A stretch of DNA of 64,000 nucleotides from Balanoglossus misakiensis. Its lineage: Eukaryota > Animalia > Hemichordata. The stretch is taken from contig CM082596.2 of the NCBI GenBank assembly GCA_040954595.2, positions 9,003,124 to 9,067,123 on the forward strand. Direction: 5' to 3'. The notes under the pieces are model-generated. The model was not told the origin of the DNA. It worked only from the letters and a program-made list of their open reading frames with translations, and did not search any database. Positions 49,361 through 62,700 of this stretch are shown here, one piece after another; position 1 is the first letter of the stretch, and each line of letters opens with the position of its first letter. Both the position numbers and the translations under genes were made by a program.

Positions 49361-52300
49361 ATGTCGTCTTCGGCAAAGAAGAGGCGGATAAAACTGAACA
49401 ACGCTATAAATAATCGTAAGAAAATCTATATTGGCAGCCAGGCTGAATGGTGGAACGATCTCCACGATGAAACTGGGCTTTCTAACTGCGATTTGGCAGC
49501 AATGTTGATTGATTGGTAAGTCGCTAATAATTGCTATGCACATTTGACCTCGCCAGAATTCAGATTTTTTGCAAGAAATAAATGACGTGTTTTCATCTTT
49601 TTTGACCCCGAAGTCTCTAAGAATATAAACTTTAGGTGATTTGTACCCGCGATAATCAACGTTCTGACTTCTGTAATTTTGTTGCTTCACTCGCACACTT
49701 AGCTGCACTTGTTAGTAAGAGCAACAAGCAGCGAAAATCACGTGCGACGATCGGCTAGATTCTTTTGGATTACATATACGTACCACACAGTAATGCGGTC
49801 TTGTACTTCATGATGATAATTGTATGTACGCGTAAAAATGAATAATACATGTAGACTATTTTCACGTGGCAAGGGAAAGAATTGACCAGTGATACCTAAT
49901 CATGGTAAATAAAGAATTGTTAAATTTTTTTTTATCACATACATAGCTCCGCATATACCATAGTATGACGTCAGACGTAGGTAAATTTGCACCAAGCGTT
50001 ATTGTAATACCCATCCCTCTGACGTCACCAAACGGAACTATTTTAAACTTGTAAACAAAGTCCTCTTAGGGCGACAAAATTCAGTGCAATCTTTGGTTTT
50101 ATTTCGATATTAAAAAATAAGCAAAGATAAATAAAATGTTTCGTATGTGTAAATATGGACGATCGACGATTAGATTTACCTGTGTACATTTTTATCGCAC
50201 CAACCTGCACCAAAACTGTCGCGAGGTCGTCAGTGCTGAGCCAATGTCGTCGTGTTGTCGAACGAGCGACAGGTACAAAACTGAGTATTCGCAAAAATTT
50301 TGATGCGACGATTAGAGCAAAACGGTCTAGTCATAAAGCAAAAGGCATAAGAAAGGTTTCCTGCTCCAGTGAAACCTTGACGGACGATGAAATCCAGCTG
50401 ACGCACGACAGACGGGTCATCGCCAAAACCAGAATCGTCCAGGTCGTGACCTGGGTCACCTGACAGATAGACGGCATAACATCGATCTTCAATTTTGCAC
50501 AAAATAGTTCCAAATTTTATCGCAACCACAAAGTGATTTATTTGAAAATCAACATTAGCGCATCTATGTATGTGATAAACATATAATTCCCCCGTATTCC
50601 TCACTCGTGTACCGGCGGCTCGGAGGGATACGGCCGCTATACGGGGAATCACTCGTCCGCGACGCAGGCACACTCGTTCGAAATACGGGGGAATTATATA
50701 TAATAATTTCCCCATTATTTCATTTATTGGTGTATTTTTAAATATGTGGTTTTGTTTCCAATGATTTGTAGTTACTACAAAAACAGACAGAAAGTAACAC
50801 CAGTACCAATGGTAGATGCTCCAACCACAGTTACTGTGAGTGAGGGAGTGCAGATGTGCTGCCGATCTTCTGATGATCACACTCTTAGGTAAGACCAAAC
50901 TTTTACTATTATCTGCCAACTAATGAAGTCAATGTGTGGCTCAGTATTACCAGTGATGGTTCAAAAAGTCGAATTTTTATCTGATGATTGTATTATTGAT
51001 GTTCACAAATTGCAGTGGTGAAAAGCAGCCCAAAACCTCAACGCCAGCTATTTACCAACATGATAAAATGCCAGAAATGTCAGAGGTCTCTTCAATTTTA
51101 TCTGATTAAGGGTAAGTAGAATTTTTTTTAATTAGTAATAATTATTATGGTGGTGGTTGTGGTGGTGGTATGTTAGGATTTTCACACATTGAGACTTATT
51201 GCATGTCATTTTTATTCCTATGTCAGAGATGTTTTGATGTCAGGAATTGAAGATTTACCTGCTTCACAGAAATCAACAGCAACAGACGACATAGCAAGGT
51301 ATAGCGATGAAATATTTTTTGTTTATAAACAGAATTCTTGCAAGTCCAGTGTATTACACTCGTGCTTTAGTCAATCATTTGTTTTTACATAATGGTTTGT
51401 AATATTGAAAGTGTAATGTAATACATATCCTTCATTTACTCCTTTTAGTGGCAGACCAGCAAGACATAGAAAGGCGGTGCTATCAGGATCATTTGTCAAT
51501 CCATTTGAGTAGGTTCTGTTACTATAACTTGCTTTGAGTGAGAATACTTTTGGGAAGAATATTTTGAGTGATAGCATTTCATTTTCCTTAGGTGCATGTA
51601 TATTTCAGAGTTTACAAAACTTGTAAATTTTTCAAAATAATTATAATAGACTGTGATAATGTGTATTTGAATAACCTTATGAATTTTCTAAGTAGAAAAG
51701 CTAACTATATTTTATGCATATTCCAATGTTATTATTTTCAGTGACTGACATTATTTTGCTTTTAACTAGGTCAATACATTTTCTTTGTGTTCTACAGGTT
51801 GAGCATGGATGTCATTGGCAGCTGCGATGATGACAGAGGTGATGAGCTAACAGACTATGATGATCCTCCTTATCAGCCAGATTTAAATCTTACACTTCAG
51901 TAAAATACATTTGTAGGAACTAATTTTGACTGGAGATGTAATCTTACACTTCAGTCAGTCAAGAAATTACACACTTTGTATAGTTCAAATTGTTATTGAC
52001 CATCCATTCATACAGTTGATTATTGATTAAATGATTGATTTTTACAATCATGGTAATTTTGTAGCATTGCTAATCGTTTTAAAATCTTTGATTTTTGCAG
52101 TATTATGTCAATAATTCGCTGTCTCATGGATTAATTGCTAAACCTAATACATTTGATAGACCCCATGGATTAGAATTAGAAGACTTGCCATTGGAAGAGT
52201 CTGAGATCGAAGATGGTGGAAGTGACGATGATTGTGATGATGAACAAGAAGAATCAGTGGGGCATGGTTTATTGAGGCTAAAGAATGTCACAGATGTGAA

Positions 52301-55300
52301 CAGTCTTCTTGATGATAACTTCTGCTTGGTTAGCCTACAACAGTTACTGGTGCTAGCTCAAACGTCTATCAAATCTGTGTGCAGTGCCAGCAAATGCAAT
52401 AGAGCATTAACCATGTCATCCAAAGCTGTGGGATCTGCCTTGTATTTGAACTGGGTATGTATGAGGTTGTTAAAGTAGTTTCAGTATGAAATAGGTGTGT
52501 AGGGAAATGTGGCAATAGCAACTTTCGATAACATGTTTTTGGTGAACAGATCCCAGGTGCTGTAGGATGCTGATGATGTCTTTGGCATCTTTATGAACAG
52601 TGGACATTTATATCTGGCTGGAAATGCAGTTTGTTCTGTTCAATATATTACCAACACTTTTACCGTGGGTGATGATGACTCGTATGTAGAATAATGCATA
52701 AAAATGAGTTAATTTCTTCATTCTGTGAAATCTTTAACACTATCATTGTGTAGAGTATCATAAACCACCAAGTCATGAATTTACCTTTTCTTTTTTATTT
52801 AAGATATGTTCTGCTGGCCATATAGAGTAAAGGTGGTGCTCACAGCCAATTATGATTAACAGGTTGCATAGCGGCGATCTCTTGACATCAGCAGCAATAT
52901 TGATGTCTGGCAATAATTATAAGAAGATTTAATTGTTTGCTCGCATGCTGAATCTAAAGATGGTCAGCTGTAACACGTTTCATAACATCCAAAGGCACTA
53001 TCTTGTACCCAGTATTGACCAGTTTTGGAATATCCATCAACAAGAGCTACTTGGGGAATATAAGGATGTTGACATCGTTATCCTAAGTAAATTAACTTAA
53101 GCTCCCACTTGTGAATACCCAAAAATAAATATATGTTTGTAGCAGAAACATGGTGTCTTTGGGCTGGCTTTTGTATACTAGAAGTGACACATTTTAGGCT
53201 CAACTGTGGGTAGCCACATATGTTAGCTGATTATAAACCAGAGACATTCCTTTTCGTACATTTTTTGTGTGAAAGTATTTGTATTTCAAGTGAGAATGTA
53301 AGCAAGTATGGAGAGGATAGATTATTGATAATATAATTCCTTACTCTCACTACCACCGGTGATGGAAGAATGGATTCGCCGGGATTCTGTGCTCAGTACT
53401 GCACGTACACAGTTATGGACAATGAGTCCAAAAACATTCTGGATATAGTCACCATGGACAAAAGGCAAACTGGGGGAAAATCCACCGTCTTGGAAAAAGC
53501 TCCATTTAAGCAAGTTTTGGATCACCTGTTGGATGAGGGGCTGGAGATAAAAGAAGTAGTCACAGATGATCATATGCAAATTGGGGCTTTGATGAGTAAG
53601 TTAATGCAACATGTATTATTTGGTGTTGTTTCACATTCGGATCACTTTCCATTTGACAGGGAACAATAAATTCAAAACATTTTTATGTCTTTAGCTCACT
53701 AAGGTATTTCTACGAAATAAGAAGTTGATGCACAATGACGCAGGTTGTGTTAACATCAAAATCTTCAAACACAGTGCGCAGATCAGTAATTGTGTTTATT
53801 TAAATATTGGTATCAATTCTGCCTTTTTTAAAGAAAAATCATACCCCCAAATCAAACATTCCCTGGATGTCTGGCATGCCGCCAAAAATCTTAGTAAAAA
53901 GATAATCAAGGTGAGTTGTTATACATGTATTAGTCCCAATCCACCTGACTGTACTTCTATGCAACATCTTTTATACTCCAATTGATTCTCCATTTGTGTG
54001 TTACTGTATTTCACATCTTTTTAAATGACTTTCAGGCTGGTCAGGAAAAGGGATGTAAACACTTGCTGAAGTGGACAAGACATATCGTTTATCATTTTTG
54101 GTATTCGTGTCAACAGGCCACAACAAGCGATGAGTTTAAGGTAAGTTAAAGGGACAAGGGTGAAAGAATTGTTTTTAAACCCTGTTAAATTTCCCAGTAC
54201 TACCTTGCTACAGGCTTTTATTCCTTTCCATATACACAGGGAATTTGGTGTGGTGTCATACACCATATTGTCAATGAACACTCATGGATGTTGGCATATG
54301 GTCAGGGCGTCAGTGAATGCAATCATGGACCACTGACAGAAACTGAGGACAGTGATAAGGAGTGGCTGGTCAAGGGGAGTGCAGCTCACAAGACACTTGT
54401 AAACATAGTACTGAACAAGCGATTATTGACAAGGGTGGAATACTACATCAATTTCAGGTACATTGTAAGCTTCAAGCGTTGATACTGTGGTGCTAGTATC
54501 CATGGTTTTATCAAACCAAAATGTACATGCACATGTGAATCATCAAACTTCACTTGTACATGACATGTTCCCGAATGACATAACATGATTTTAAATTGAT
54601 TGACTGTTCTTGTTTGTCAAAATATAATTCATTCCACAATGTTCAGGAGAATACAGTATGCATTTTGCTACATTTATTGTCTTTTGTCAGAAAACAACAC
54701 TGTTTCAACATTTTTCACAAATTAGAGGGTTTACATTATTCATTTGTATTACTTCTGGGCTACAGCCAAAGTAAAGTACAGTAGTTAATGGTAAATTTTA
54801 TGTCTATTTCCAGGAGTACAGCGGAACTTGAAACATTTTAGCAGCATGTGCTGATGTACGCTGGCAAAAGATTTGCATACTCGCCACCTGTTTACAAGGC
54901 ACGGAATCTGCTGGCTGCACTAGACCACAACGTTCATAACGGTAGAGCTCTTAGACGAAATAAACGCGATGAAATTATGTAAGTGGATTTTTGTCCTATT
55001 GCATTTATTTTAAGATCTTATCATAGGTGGATAAGATATAAACAATTCACAATACGAGAGGTTTCTTCAAGAGAAGCAGAGACATTTCAACAATATAATG
55101 CATAGCAGATAGAGAAATTCTGTCATCATTTTGCCTTTCATCAAGTTGTTTATCCGTCTGTCTGTCCCTCCATGAACATTTTGAGAAATAATATTCTCTG
55201 AGCATATGTGATTGGTTTTTCAATCTGTCTGGAAATAAGTGATGTACATGTAATATATAATTAGTCTGCGTAACACTTATTACATATTTATTCACAGCCC

Positions 55301-55584
55301 ATTTAACCATTGTAATATGCCATTTTTTATACAGCTACCACAGGCATTTCAACAAGAAGAGCCAACGATGGAGTGTTTACCCTGAAAAAGTAGAAAAAAC
55401 ATTCCCTCACATCAGGGACCTGAAGAGGCTTGTCGTCGAAAACCGTCTAATTGACAATCGTGGTATGCAGACGAAAATGGTCATGGAAGAAAATGACCCA
55501 AGAAGGCTTTCTTATCACCTTGCGTCAATTCCACCTCCACCCACTGCCACAATCACACAGGACAGTATTTGTAGGAGACAGTGA
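49361..55584 (+). pseudogene. Multi-exon Kolobok-type DDE transposase pseudogene
   Basis: Exon 1 49361-49515 (KIYIG..EWWNDL..LAAMLID); later exons read CSAGH..WCSQP, SGNNY, GDGRMDSPGFCAQYCTY, VVTDDH, DVWHAAKNL, HFWYSC, HHIVNEH, CNHG, TAELE, YAGKR, LAALDHN; in-frame stops (e.g. ~51107, ~52828, ~52930) and a mutated acceptor near 53358. Confidence 0.8.
49931..50712. mobile_element. Intronic non-autonomous element(s): TTATCACATACATAG inverted termini plus an adjacent hairpin
   Basis: TTATCACATACATAG (~49931) / CTATGTATGTGATAA (~50578); ATATAATTCCCCCGTATT..AATACGGGGGAATTATAT palindrome at 50581-50700. Confidence 0.55.
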
Positions 55585-56221
55585 ATTGGTGGGTGGGGGG
55601 GGGGGGTAGTTTTTGCATGATTGATGTGTGTTTATGTATGCATATCCATCCACTTTATTGAAAGTATAGTCATTTCTTTTAATTGTGGATTTTTTGTTTC
55701 TCATTTGTATGTATAATGAAAATCCATGATCAAATTTAAAGGGACTGCACTTGCTTTTGAAATACAAGGCCACAAATTTAGTCGATAGTTGAAGAAAACT
55801 GCTGAGTCAGCATTTTTTACCAATGGTTTGTCTGTGGGCAAAATATTTAGTGAAGTTTATCTCAAAATAGAGTGTGGTGGCCATATGATTTTATTTGATT
55901 AATGTATTTCAGATTGCCTGTTGGGTATTATCTGACCTTTCTTTAACCCTCTTGCTGTTTTCTGTAGGAGATGGGAATTTCGCAGAGGAAAATTTTTATC
56001 TGGTATATCAGCATTGTCTGACTTTTTTTTCATAGTAAATGTGTCAGTTAAGTGTTCTAATGCTACAGTATCATTAACCATGGATATTGTTGTTTATGCA
56101 GTAATGAATACAATAACAAATCTGAAGTTTTGCTTTCAACATTTTGTATTGCTAAAGTAAGTAAAGTAAAACATGTAATATTAGTAAAACTTTAAATAAA
56201 TTTTAAAAATAAAGCATTTTT

Positions 56222-58480
56222 TTATGCAAAACGATTGGGAATAAATCCCGTGTAATTGCTAAATGGATCAGGATATTTGTCCCTTATCTTCCACACACAA
56301 CAGCTTGGTATCACTCTCCTATCGCCAACACCCAATCGACCATGCTGCCACAAGACAAACTGCAGATAGGCAGCATGTCGATTGGATCTGTTGAAGTCAT
56401 CATCGTCACTTGTGGCCAACATATCATTACAGTATGCCCTTGAGATTGTCAGGATGGTTTCGTCAGGACATACATGATTGAATACCTGCAAGAAAACATT
56501 ATTTATGTGATTATTTTCAAAACAAATTATCTATCACAATTACAGAACGGTTTATTGATCTTTACAGAAAACATCTTTGTTTTTGTTGTTTTCTCATGGT
56601 TACTATCATGACATAAATAGTAGGTCACTTTCATTACTTACTGATAATTGAGAAATACAAAACCACGGTTGTTTTCGGCAGTATGTTCTCTCTGGCTGAG
56701 ATGGCATTTCCCGACAGTTATTACATACACACCAGTCTGGTGGGGAGGGTATTTGTGGTGGGTGGTACCCCTGTGGTGGTGTTGGGGGTGTCACCAGGTT
56801 AAAAAGCAAACCTGGACTATTTTCCACCATCCGTAGAAGGAGGTTATCTTTCACTTCTGGTGGCATTTGTGAAATCATTGCCTGCAAAAATAGAAAAATC
56901 GATGTGTGTTTTGTATGTTTATTAGCACAACATTACCATGATATTACTAGTAGGTCACTTTCATGACCTCTTTTTGATCGAACATCTTGGTCTTTTTTGG
57001 TATGATATCAAACATCATTCAATGTTTAAAGACAACATTCACCCTTTTGTTCTATGATCAGTTAGAGTGCACACATTCAATACTATGGTTGGTTTATCCC
57101 AAGTTAAAATTCAAAATGGTAAACTCAAACAATATGCAAGAACGAAAAGGTCGCATGAGGGTCATGAAAGTGGCCTATTGTCTGGCAGAACATTTTCATC
57201 TGTTTGTAACAGTAATTTGTTCTACCCACCTGTAAAGAAACTTTTCGTTGGTCAATATCATTTGCTCTTGTTTCTGGTAAATTCTGTTGACCTTGGCCTT
57301 GAGCTCCTCGTCCTCTCCCTCGTCCCCTTCCTCTCCCTCGTCCCCTTCCTCTCCCTCTACCACTCCCCCTGGCACTCTGCCCTCTCCTGGCTCTACCTCT
57401 TCCTCTGGTTTGTTCTGACTCATTTTCTGAGGAAGTTGATACTCTCTAATACAAAAATTAAAACAAAAAATAATAAATATATTTTTCTTTTACACAAGGA
57501 ACATGCAGTATAGTCTAATCTGTATACCTATAACATGTTTATAAATAATTTGTATAGCCCGATATCTGGAATCTGGCCTTGTGCAGGAAGTTACCATGCG
57601 TTTACGCGTACGCGTTGCGTTCAGTGCGCAATAGTCGAGTGTTATGTTTGTTTTGGCTACGCCGCGGCCGCCATCACCCCCCCCCCCCCTTCAAAAATGC
57701 ATGGATAAATGAAGTGCTGATATGCCAATTAGGTACTTTTCAAGGAAACAACGAAGAAACAAAAAAACAACAACAGAAATTTGGGTCGGGCGATCATAGC
57801 AAGGCATAAGCCTAGTGAGAAGTTGGGATGCGCGCGTCTGAAATAAACTCCGGAATGTTGGACGTGCAGTACAAATGGCTCGGCCGCGCATATACGAGTA
57901 CAACCAGTACGAATTTTATCAGCTTTGGGATGCGAATTTTATCAGCTTTGGGATGCGAGTTTTATAAGCTTTGAGATGAGAGTTTTATAAGCTTTGGGAT
58001 GAGAGTTAAATTAAATTGGGATATACGTTGACTAATTTAGAGGGAATACAGCCTGTTGGGTAACTATGGTAAACAAAATATCGCCATAGGCCTAATCATG
58101 TTTCAAGTACAATTTCACTAAGACCGCAAATCGACACTTTTTGGCGCGATCTCCGATAACGGAGGCTATTTTTCATTTTCATGTCCACAAGCTCTGATCA
58201 CTGTGCTGAGGGGTCGTCGCGATCCTGCATTTTATTGTTATAGACCGCATAGGGTTGACACTGAATATACAAAATCTACACACAAAAAATGATGCAACAG
58301 TGGATTCAGCAACACTATTCGCGCATGATGATTCTTGGTAACGAACACTGGCATAGCCAGTTCACCCGTTATGACACATCAACATCTGTGATTTGTTTAA
58401 AACGTCTCAAAACAAAAGCGGAAAAAAATGGGTTGACAACAACATCTACTTACGTCGTCGTTTGATAAAGTGGAATCCAT
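56222..58480 (-). CDS. KolX-like protein (P2X7 C-terminal ballast/Cys-rich domain homolog), 4 exons, ~248 aa
   Basis: Exons 58480-58454 (MDSTLSNDD), 57445-57230 (RG-rich), 56881-56642 ([14 protein letters not shown]), 56485-56222 ([36 protein letters not shown]); all phase 0, GT-AG, no stops; convergent with the Kolobok transposase. Confidence 0.75.
57911..58005. repeat. 23-bp minisatellite, 4 copies
   Basis: GAATTTTATCAGCTTTGGGATGC and variants. Confidence 0.8.
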
Positions 58481-58767
58481 TTTGTTGTCTGCTGCCGTTG
58501 CCTAGCAGCGCCTGTAAGTCCCGCTAGATCCTGCTCTCGTACAAGAAATCACGGGCCATGACGTTGCGTTGTCTGCGTACCCTTGTCACGTGATTGTTTC
58601 AAAATGGCGGTAAAATTCAAATATCGGCGTTATCGCGACAGAATTCAATCCAACGAATCCATCGCCAATAAAAAACAACTTACACTTTAAAGTGAATATG
58701 GATGATTTGCCGTGATTGGAAACGTTTCCCCCGAAGCTTGGGACTTCCACAGAGATTGGGACTTTAA

Positions 58768-58952
58768 AGGTGCATGGTCACCTCTAACTTACATATTCCC
58801 ATATATGGCTGAAATGGCATATCCGAGTGTTGTAAAGAACATATGGTGGCATTCTTTTTTACGCATGTGCCAACCACTGAAAATATGTGATTGGTTAAAT
58901 TTAAATTTGCCATGGTAACAGTAGCTTAATGCGCATAGGTGACCGTATACCT
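58768..58952. mobile_element. Kolobok-type MITE or terminal module
   Basis: TTAA|AGGTGCATGGTCACCT..AGGTGACCGTATACCT|TTAA. Confidence 0.75.
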
Positions 58953-59714
58953 TTAACACGTACATCTCCAGTTCCCCAAATCCATTGCAAATTGATACTG
59001 CTTGTATTCTAGCCAAGATCTTGTGTCTCTGACCTCTAGAATATCAAGCAATGAGCAGTGGATGTTGGGAAATGAGGCATGTGCCCTTCCAGCTTCCAAT
59101 CGGAATGGGCACAATGTTCGCAAGTCTCTCAAAATGGTTTTTTCATCATTATGTAAAGAAGCAACTGTGTGCCGGCGATGGTGTTTTATCACATTGGAAG
59201 TTTGATCAAATTGACACACACCTCTTGGATGCCTGCAAGAGCCTTTGTTCTTGTTGTGATGTTCTTTTCTGTTTTACCAGAAAACATGTGTTTCAGGTGC
59301 TTTTTGGTCACATTAACCATCCATTCCATGCGTTCATCAGCTGGAATATGACTGTCAATCTTTCCTGTGGTGTTCACAAAGAGACCATAGAATTCTTCAT
59401 GAGCAGCACGGACTGACAGTGTACACAATTGATGTACAAGTAACCTGACAATTTCATACGCATATTTTGACAGATTGTTATTTGCTTTAAAAAAAGCATC
59501 ACAACTTTCAACAACCTGATACCTCGATCACGATCTGGAAACTTGATTAGATCAAGTAAGTCCTTGAACATAAGACCCAGTTCTAGAACTGTGTGTCCAT
59601 AGTTCTTGATATAATCTTGTTCACTAGGGCCACTTTGGCGTTTCTTTGTTGACTGTAGCAGAAGCTGAATTTGCTCTCCATTGGTCAGCGTCAGATTTAT
59701 CACTTCACCTTGTT
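58953..59714 (-). pseudogene. 3' exon of an Academ-type (DUF6589-like) transposase, frameshifted
   Basis: Joined frames read DYIKNYGHTVLELGLMFKDLLD..DRDRGIRLLK..SKYAYEIVRLL..FVNTTGKIDSHIPADERMEWMVN..K..HTVAS..DEKTIL..PF..GRAHASF; two frameshifts; acceptor at 59715. Confidence 0.72.
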
Positions 59715-59790
59715 CTGCAACACAAAAAGTAAAACTGACTTTAAACATGTAATGCTTCTCAATTGTTAAATTTTTCAAGAACAAGAACAG

Positions 59791-62700
59791 GTCTTACCCG
59801 TCATTGGCACAAACAGTCTCAGGAAGTAAGCTTTCAGCCTACCAATGTAGCTATTATATTTTCCACTTTTTGTAAGTGAAGCCTGACTGTCGCCTGTCTT
59901 AGGTCACCACTTCATAAGTGGTCTTACCCGTCATTGGCACAAACAGTCTCAGGAAGTAAGCTAACAGCCTACCAATGTAGCTATTGTATTTTCCACTTTT
60001 TTTAAGTGAAGCCTGACTGTCGCCTGTCTTAGGTCACCACTTCATAAGCGGTCTTACCCGTCATTGGCACAAACAGTCTCAGGAAGTAAGCTTTCAGCCT
60101 ACCCATGTAGCTATTGTATTTTCCACTTTTTGTAAGTGAAGCCTGACTGTCGCCTGTCTTAGGTCACCACTTCATAAGCGGTCTTACCCATCATTGGCAC
60201 AAACAGTCTCAGGAAGTAAGCTTTCAGCCTACCCATGTAGCTATTGTATTTTCCACTTTTTGTAAGTGAAGCCTGACTGCCGCCTGTCTTAGGTCACCAC
60301 TTCATAAGCGGTCTTACCCGTCATTGGCACAAACAGTCTCAGGAAGTAAGCTTTCAGCCTACCCATGTAGCTATTGTATTTTCCACTTTTTGTAAGTGAA
60401 GCCTGACTGTCGCCTGTCTTAGGTCACCACTTCATAAGCGGTCTTACCCGTCATTGGCACAAACAGTCTCAGGAAGTAAGCTTTCAGCCTACCCATGTAG
60501 CTATTGTATTTTCCACTTTTTGTAAGTGAAGCCTGACTGTCGCCTGTCTTAGGTCACCACTTCATAAGCGGTCTTACCCGTCATTGGCACAAACAGTCTC
60601 AGGAAGTAAGCTTTCAGCCTACCCATGTAGCTATTGTATTTTCCACTTTTTGTAAGTGAAGCCTGACTGTCGCCTGTCTTAGGTCACCACTTCATAAGCG
60701 GTCTTACCCGTCATTGGCACAAACAGTCTCAGGAAGTAAGCTTTCAGCCTACCCATGTAGCTATTGTATTTTCCACTTTTTGTAAGTGAAGCCTGACTGT
60801 CGCCTGTCTTAGGTCACCACTTCATAAGCGGTCTTACCCGTCATTGGCACAAACAGTCTCAGGAAGTAAGCTTTCAGCCTACCCATGTAGCTATTGTATT
60901 TTCCACTTTTTGTAAGTGAAGCCTGACTGTCGCCTGTCTTAGGTCACCACTTCATAAGCAGTCTTACCCGTCATTAGCACAAACAGTCTCAGGAAGTAAG
61001 CTTTCAGCCTACCCATGTAGCTATTGTATTTTCCACTTTTTGTAAGTGAAGCCTGACTGTCGCCTGTCTTAGGTCACCACTTCATAAGCGGTCTTACCCG
61101 TCATTGGCACAAACAGTCTCAGGAAGTAAGCTTTCAGCCTACCCATGTAGCTATTGTATTTTCCACTTTTTGTAAGTGAAGCCTGACTGTCGCCTGTCTT
61201 AGGTCACCACTTCATAAGCAGTCTTACCCGTCATTAGCACAAACAGTCTCAGGAAGTAAGCTTTCAGCCTACCCATGTAGCTATTGTATTTTCCACTTTT
61301 TGTAAGTGAAGCCTGACTGTCGCCTGTCTTAGGTCACCACTTCATAAGCGGTCTTACCCGTCATTGGCACAAACAGTCTCAGGAAGTAAGCTTTCAGCCT
61401 ACCCATGTAGCTATTGTATTTTTCACTTTTTGTAAGTGAAGCCTGACTGTCGCCTGTCTTAGGTCACCACTTCATAAGCAGTCTTACCCGTCATTAGCAC
61501 AAACAGTCTCAGGAAGTAAGCTTTCAGCCTACCAATGTAGCTATTGTATTTTCCACTTTTTGTAAGTGAAGCCTGACTGTCGCCTGTCTTAGGTCACCAC
61601 TTCATAAGCGGTCTTACCCGTCATTGGCACAAACAGTCTCAGGAAGTAAGCTTTCAGCCTACCCATGTAGCTATTGTATTTTCCACTTTTTGTAAGTGAA
61701 GCCTGACTGTCGCCTGTCTTAGGTCACCACTTCATAAGCGGTCTTACCCGTCATTGGCACAAACAGTCTCAGGAAGTAAGCTTTCAGCCTACCCATGTAG
61801 CTATTGTATTTTCCACTTTTTGTAAGTGAAGCCTGACTGTCGCCTGTCTTAGGTCACCACTTCATAAGCGGTCTTACCCGTCATTGGCACAAACAGTCTC
61901 AGGAAGTAAGCTTTCAGCCTACCAATGTAGCTATTATATTTTCCACTTTTTGTAAGTGAAGCCTGACTGTCGCCTGTCTTAGGTCACCACTTCATAAGTG
62001 GTCTTACCCGTCATTGGCACAAACAGTCTCAGGAAGTAAGCTAACAGCCTACCAATGTAGCTATTGTATTTTCCACTTTTTTTAAGTGAAGCCTGACTGT
62101 CGCCTGTCTTAGGTCACCACTTCATAAGCGGTCTTACCCGTCATTGGCACAAACAGTCTCAGGAAGTAAGCTTTCAGCCTACCCATGTAGCTATTGTATT
62201 TTCCACTTTTTGTAAGTGAAGCCTGACTGTCGCCTGTCTTAGGTCACCACTTCATAAGCGGTCTTACCCATCATTGGCACAAACAGTCTCAGGAAGTAAG
62301 CTTTCAGCCTACCCATGTAGCTATTGTATTTTCCACTTTTTGTAAGTGAAGCCTGACTGCCGCCTGTCTTAGGTCACCACTTCATAAGCGGTCTTACCCG
62401 TCATTGGCACAAACAGTCTCAGGAAGTAAGCTTTCAGCCTACCCATGTAGCTATTGTATTTTCCACTTTTTGTAAGTGAAGCCTGACTGTCGCCTGTCTT
62501 AGGTCACCACTTCATAAGCGGTCTTACCCGTCATTGGCACAAACAGTCTCAGGAAGTAAGCTTTCAGCCTACCCATGTAGCTATTGTATTTTCCACTTTT
62601 TGTAAGTGAAGCCTGACTGTCGCCTGTCTTAGGTCACCACTTCATAAGCGGTCTTACCCGTCATTGGCACAAACAGTCTCAGGAAGTAAGCTTTCAGCCT

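Noticed and set aside
50230-50919. 229-aa minus-strand ORF
   Set aside because: Runs across intronic palindromic elements, antisense to the transposase intron, with no recognisable domain.
56222-56887. P2X purinoceptor 7 gene
   Set aside because: Only the cytoplasmic Cys-rich domain is present; there is no P2X ectodomain or TM helices.
57196-57423. Acidic E/G-rich 75-aa ORF
   Set aside because: Alternate frame of the RG-rich KolX exon; splice phases fit the RG frame.
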